Shown piece by piece: positions 61,546-64,000 of a stretch of 64,000 nt of DNA. Under the pieces are notes generated by a model. It was not told the DNA's origin. It made no database searches and saw only the letters and a list, made by a program, of their open reading frames with translations. The DNA comes from an uncultured delta proteobacterium. GTDB taxonomy: Bacteria > Myxococcota_A > Polyangia > Polyangiales > B10-G4. The DNA lies in NCBI GenBank assembly GCA_963727445.1, contig CAVSGI010000012.1:32001-96000 (forward strand), written 5' to 3'. A program made the translations under genes and the position numbers. Position 1 is the stretch's first letter; each line of letters begins with the position of its first letter.

Positions 61546-62859
61546 TCAGTCTTCCTCGATGCGGAGCGCCCGCGGCGGCTCCACGACGTCGTGGAGCGAT
61601 TCTATCTCGCCCAGCGCCCGCATCACGTCCCGCTGTCGCGAGACGTGGGTCAGCATCACCACCGAGACCGGCGTGTCACCAGCGCCGATCCCCTCCTGGA
61701 CCATCTGCTCGATGGACACCTCGAAGGCCCCGAGAACACCGGCGATTCGCGCGAGGATCCCGGGCCGATCCCGAACGGAGAAACGCAAATACCAGCGGCA
61801 GCGGAGGTCGCCGGGATCCATGCGTTTCTTCTCGCTGAGGTGCTCCCCCAGAAAGGCGCGCGAAGGCACGCGGCCGTGCGCTCCGACGAGGAGGTTCCGG
61901 CCCACGTCGACGATGTCGCTCACGACGCTCATCGCGGTCGGGAGCGCCCCCGCGCCGAGGCCCGAGGTGAGGCACGGCCCCAGCATCTCGCCCTCGACGT
62001 AGACCGCGTTGAGCGCCCCCGAGATGCTCGCCAGCACGCTGCCGCGCGGAACGAGCGCGGGGTGAACGCGGAGGTCGAGCTCGCCGTTCTCGGTGCTGCG
62101 GGCCACGGCCAGCGGCTTGATCACGTAGCCGAAGCGATTGGCGAACAGGATGTCGACCGCGTTCACCTCGTCGATGCCGCTCTTCGGAATGTCCTCGGGG
62201 TCGACGCGCGCGCCCCAGGCGAGGGTCGCGAGGATGGTCAGCTTGTGCGCCGCGTCTCCGCCGTTCACGTCCAACGTGGGATCGGACTCGGCGTAGCCCT
62301 TCTCCTGCGCTTCGCGCAGCGCGTCGTCGAATTCGAGCCCAGCGACGGTCATCCGCGTGAGGATGTAGTTGCTGGTGCCGTTGACGATGCCGCGCAGCGC
62401 GACGATGCGGTCGGAGGTGAAGGCCTCGCGCAAGAGCCGGATGATCGGGATGCCGCCGCCGACCGCCGCCTCGAAGTAGAGGTCGACGCCCTTCTGCTCG
62501 GCGAGCTCGATCAGCTCGGAGTGCTCGGCGAGCAGCGCTTTGTTCGCGGTGACCACGTGCTTGCCGCGCTCGATGGCGGTGCGGACGTAGGAGCCGGCCG
62601 ACTGGGTGCCGCCCATCACCTCCACCACGATGTCGATCTCCGGGTCGGCGAGCACCTCCTCGGGATCGAAGCAGAGGGTGCCTTCGGGCGCCTCGATCTC
62701 GCGCGCCTTGGCCGGATCACGGGCGACGATCTTGCGTACCTCGATGGGGGCGCCCAGGCGCTCCTCGATGGTCGCGGCGTTGCCCCGCAGCAGACGGACG
62801 ATCCCCTGCCCAACGACGCCGTACCCGATGAGGCCGACGCGGATCGTTCGCGATGCCAT
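61546..62859 (-). CDS. hom: Homoserine dehydrogenase with ACT domain
   Basis: GLIGYGVVG; HVVTANKA; FEAAVGGGIP; NGTSNYIL; GYAE.DPT.DV.G.DAAHK; DRPGILA ACT domain. Confidence 0.96.
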   Translation of the reverse strand: MASRTIRVGLIGYGVVGQGIVRLLRGNAATIEERLGAPIEVRKIVARDPAKAREIEAPEGTLCFDPEEVLADPEIDIVVEVMGGTQSAGSYVRTAIERGKHVVTANKALLAEHSELIELAEQKGVDLYFEAAVGGGIPIIRLLREAFTSDRIVALRGIVNGTSNYILTRMTVAGLEFDDALREAQEKGYAESDPTLDVNGGDAAHKLTILATLAWGARVDPEDIPKSGIDEVNAVDILFANRFGYVIKPLAVARSTENGELDLRVHPALVPRGSVLASISGALNAVYVEGEMLGPCLTSGLGAGALPTAMSVVSDIVDVGRNLLVGAHGRVPSRAFLGEHLSEKKRMDPGDLRCRWYLRFSVRDRPGILARIAGVLGAFEVSIEQMVQEGIGAGDTPVSVVMLTHVSRQRDVMRALGEIESLHDVVEPPRALRIEED

Positions 62860-62904
62860 CCGGCCGAGCCTTTAACACATCGCAAACGTGGTAGGAAGGT
62901 CGGC

Positions 62905-63153
62905 GTGACCGCCGCCTTTTGGCTCCTCGTCAGCTGGATTCTGGTGGGCGCCGCCCTCCTGGTGGTCCACTTCGTGCTCCTCTGGCTGTGCTTGCGCGCG
63001 TCGAACCTGTCGCTTGTGATGAAGGCCGTGTCCCTGTTGCCGCCGGCCACCCCCATCGTCGGCTGGGTCAGCGGCCTCCGCGTTCAGCCCATTCTCTGGG
63101 TCGTTTTGCTGGGGGTGTACGTCGCGCTCCGACTCTCCTTCACCCCTTCGTGA
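62905..63153 (+). CDS. Small membrane protein
   Basis: 82-aa hydrophobic ORF. Confidence 0.6.
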   Translation: MTAAFWLLVSWILVGAALLVVHFVLLWLCLRASNLSLVMKAVSLLPPATPIVGWVSGLRVQPILWVVLLGVYVALRLSFTPS

Positions 63154-63197
63154 TCACGAGATGTACTCCGAGGGCTGCTCTGTCGTATCGTGCGTGC

Positions 63198-64000
63198 ATG
63201 CGTGCGGGTCTCCTGATCGTCTCGCTTGTCGCCTCGTCCCTGGCGCTCTCCTCCGTCGCCAGCGCGCAGAACGGTAACAACCCGCTCATCCAACAGGGCC
63301 AGGAGCTCTACGACGAGCTTCGCTACGAGGAGGCGCTTCAGACGCTCTCGGCGGCGTTGGTGCGTGCGGGGAACACCGACCAGGACAAGGCCGTCATCTA
63401 CGAGCTGCTCTCGCTCACATACCTCGCCCTCGGTCGTGAGGAGGAGGCGGCGGGCGCTTATCGAAGCCTGTTGGCCCTCGACCCGGAGCACCAGCCCGGC
63501 GCGGACGTCTCTCCGCGCTTCCGCACCTTCTTCGCCACCGTGTACGAACAGTGGGTCGCGGACGGGCGCCCGGGCGGCCAACCGCCGGCGCCGGTCACCA
63601 TCCGCCATCGTTCGCCGCCGGAGTCGGAACGCGAGACCGAGATCCCGCTGACCGCCGAGGTCGACGATCCGAGCGGGCGCGTCGCGCGCCTGGTGCTCGC
63701 ATATCGCCAGGGCACCGACGACGTCTTCCGGCGCGTGGACACCGAGCGTCGCGAGGGCGTCTACCACGCCACCATTCCGGCCGAAGCCGTCGCGCCCCCG
63801 CTCGTCGAGTACTACTTCGAGGGGCTGGACGACACTGGCCTGCCCGTGGCTTCGCGCGGTGACGTGGCTGCGCCGCTCCGCGTCGCGGTGCCCGAGCCGG
63901 GCGGCAGCGTCTTCACCAAGTGGTGGTTCTGGGTCGCAGCCGTCGCCATCGTCGGAGCTGCCGTCTTGATTCCGTCGATCTACATCGCCAATCAATCAGG
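63198..64000 (+). CDS. Exported TPR protein (runs off the window)
   Basis: Signal peptide ending ASA-Q; YEEALQTL...YLALGREEEA..AYR.LLALDP; VEYY.E; KWWFW TM. Confidence 0.8.
   Translation, partial: MRAGLLIVSLVASSLALSSVASAQNGNNPLIQQGQELYDELRYEEALQTLSAALVRAGNTDQDKAVIYELLSLTYLALGREEEAAGAYRSLLALDPEHQPGADVSPRFRTFFATVYEQWVADGRPGGQPPAPVTIRHRSPPESERETEIPLTAEVDDPSGRVARLVLAYRQGTDDVFRRVDTERREGVYHATIPAEAVAPPLVEYYFEGLDDTGLPVASRGDVAAPLRVAVPEPGGSVFTKWWFWVAAVAIVGAAVLIPSIYIANQS

Overview
High-GC (~70%) bacterial DNA. The gene content (many Cys-rich lipoproteins with D-A-G linkers, bactofilin, lipoprotein serpin, atpF'-F-H-A-G block) suggests Myxococcota/Polyangia; this is an inference. Bases ~1-24,700 are a fragmented accessory region. 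It holds (1) a complete IS110-family element of IS1111 architecture (203-1615), whose 3' non-coding region has four short segments matching its own target and donor junctions (bridge/seek-RNA-like), plus an empty copy of its target repeat (22,690) and a truncated left-end remnant (15,455); (2) a YtkA/multiheme cytochrome lipoprotein cluster; (3) a SUKH-like/PcrA-Tudor fusion and an ECF-sigma-like ORF with an apparent signal peptide; (4) a RAYT-type HUH transposase with REP-like arrays, whose upstream repeats bracket a degenerate rolling-circle Rep gene and truncated gene tails; (5) a four-helix-bundle gene whose start sits in a 24-bp perfect inverted repeat. Bases ~25,000-64,000 look like core genome: nfeD plus two flotillins behind a sigma54 promoter with a divergent enhancer-binding protein and an intramembrane-sensing-type two-component system, mscS, ATP synthase genes, bactofilin, DUF455, a cation:proton antiporter-PTS IIA fusion, a serpin, a TraB-family protein, an acyl-CoA-binding protein and hom. 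Frameshifts in atpA and the ACBP gene indicate indel errors in the assembly, so single frameshifts elsewhere need caution. No rRNA, tRNA or CRISPR array was seen. All family calls come from motif recognition by eye, not database searches.
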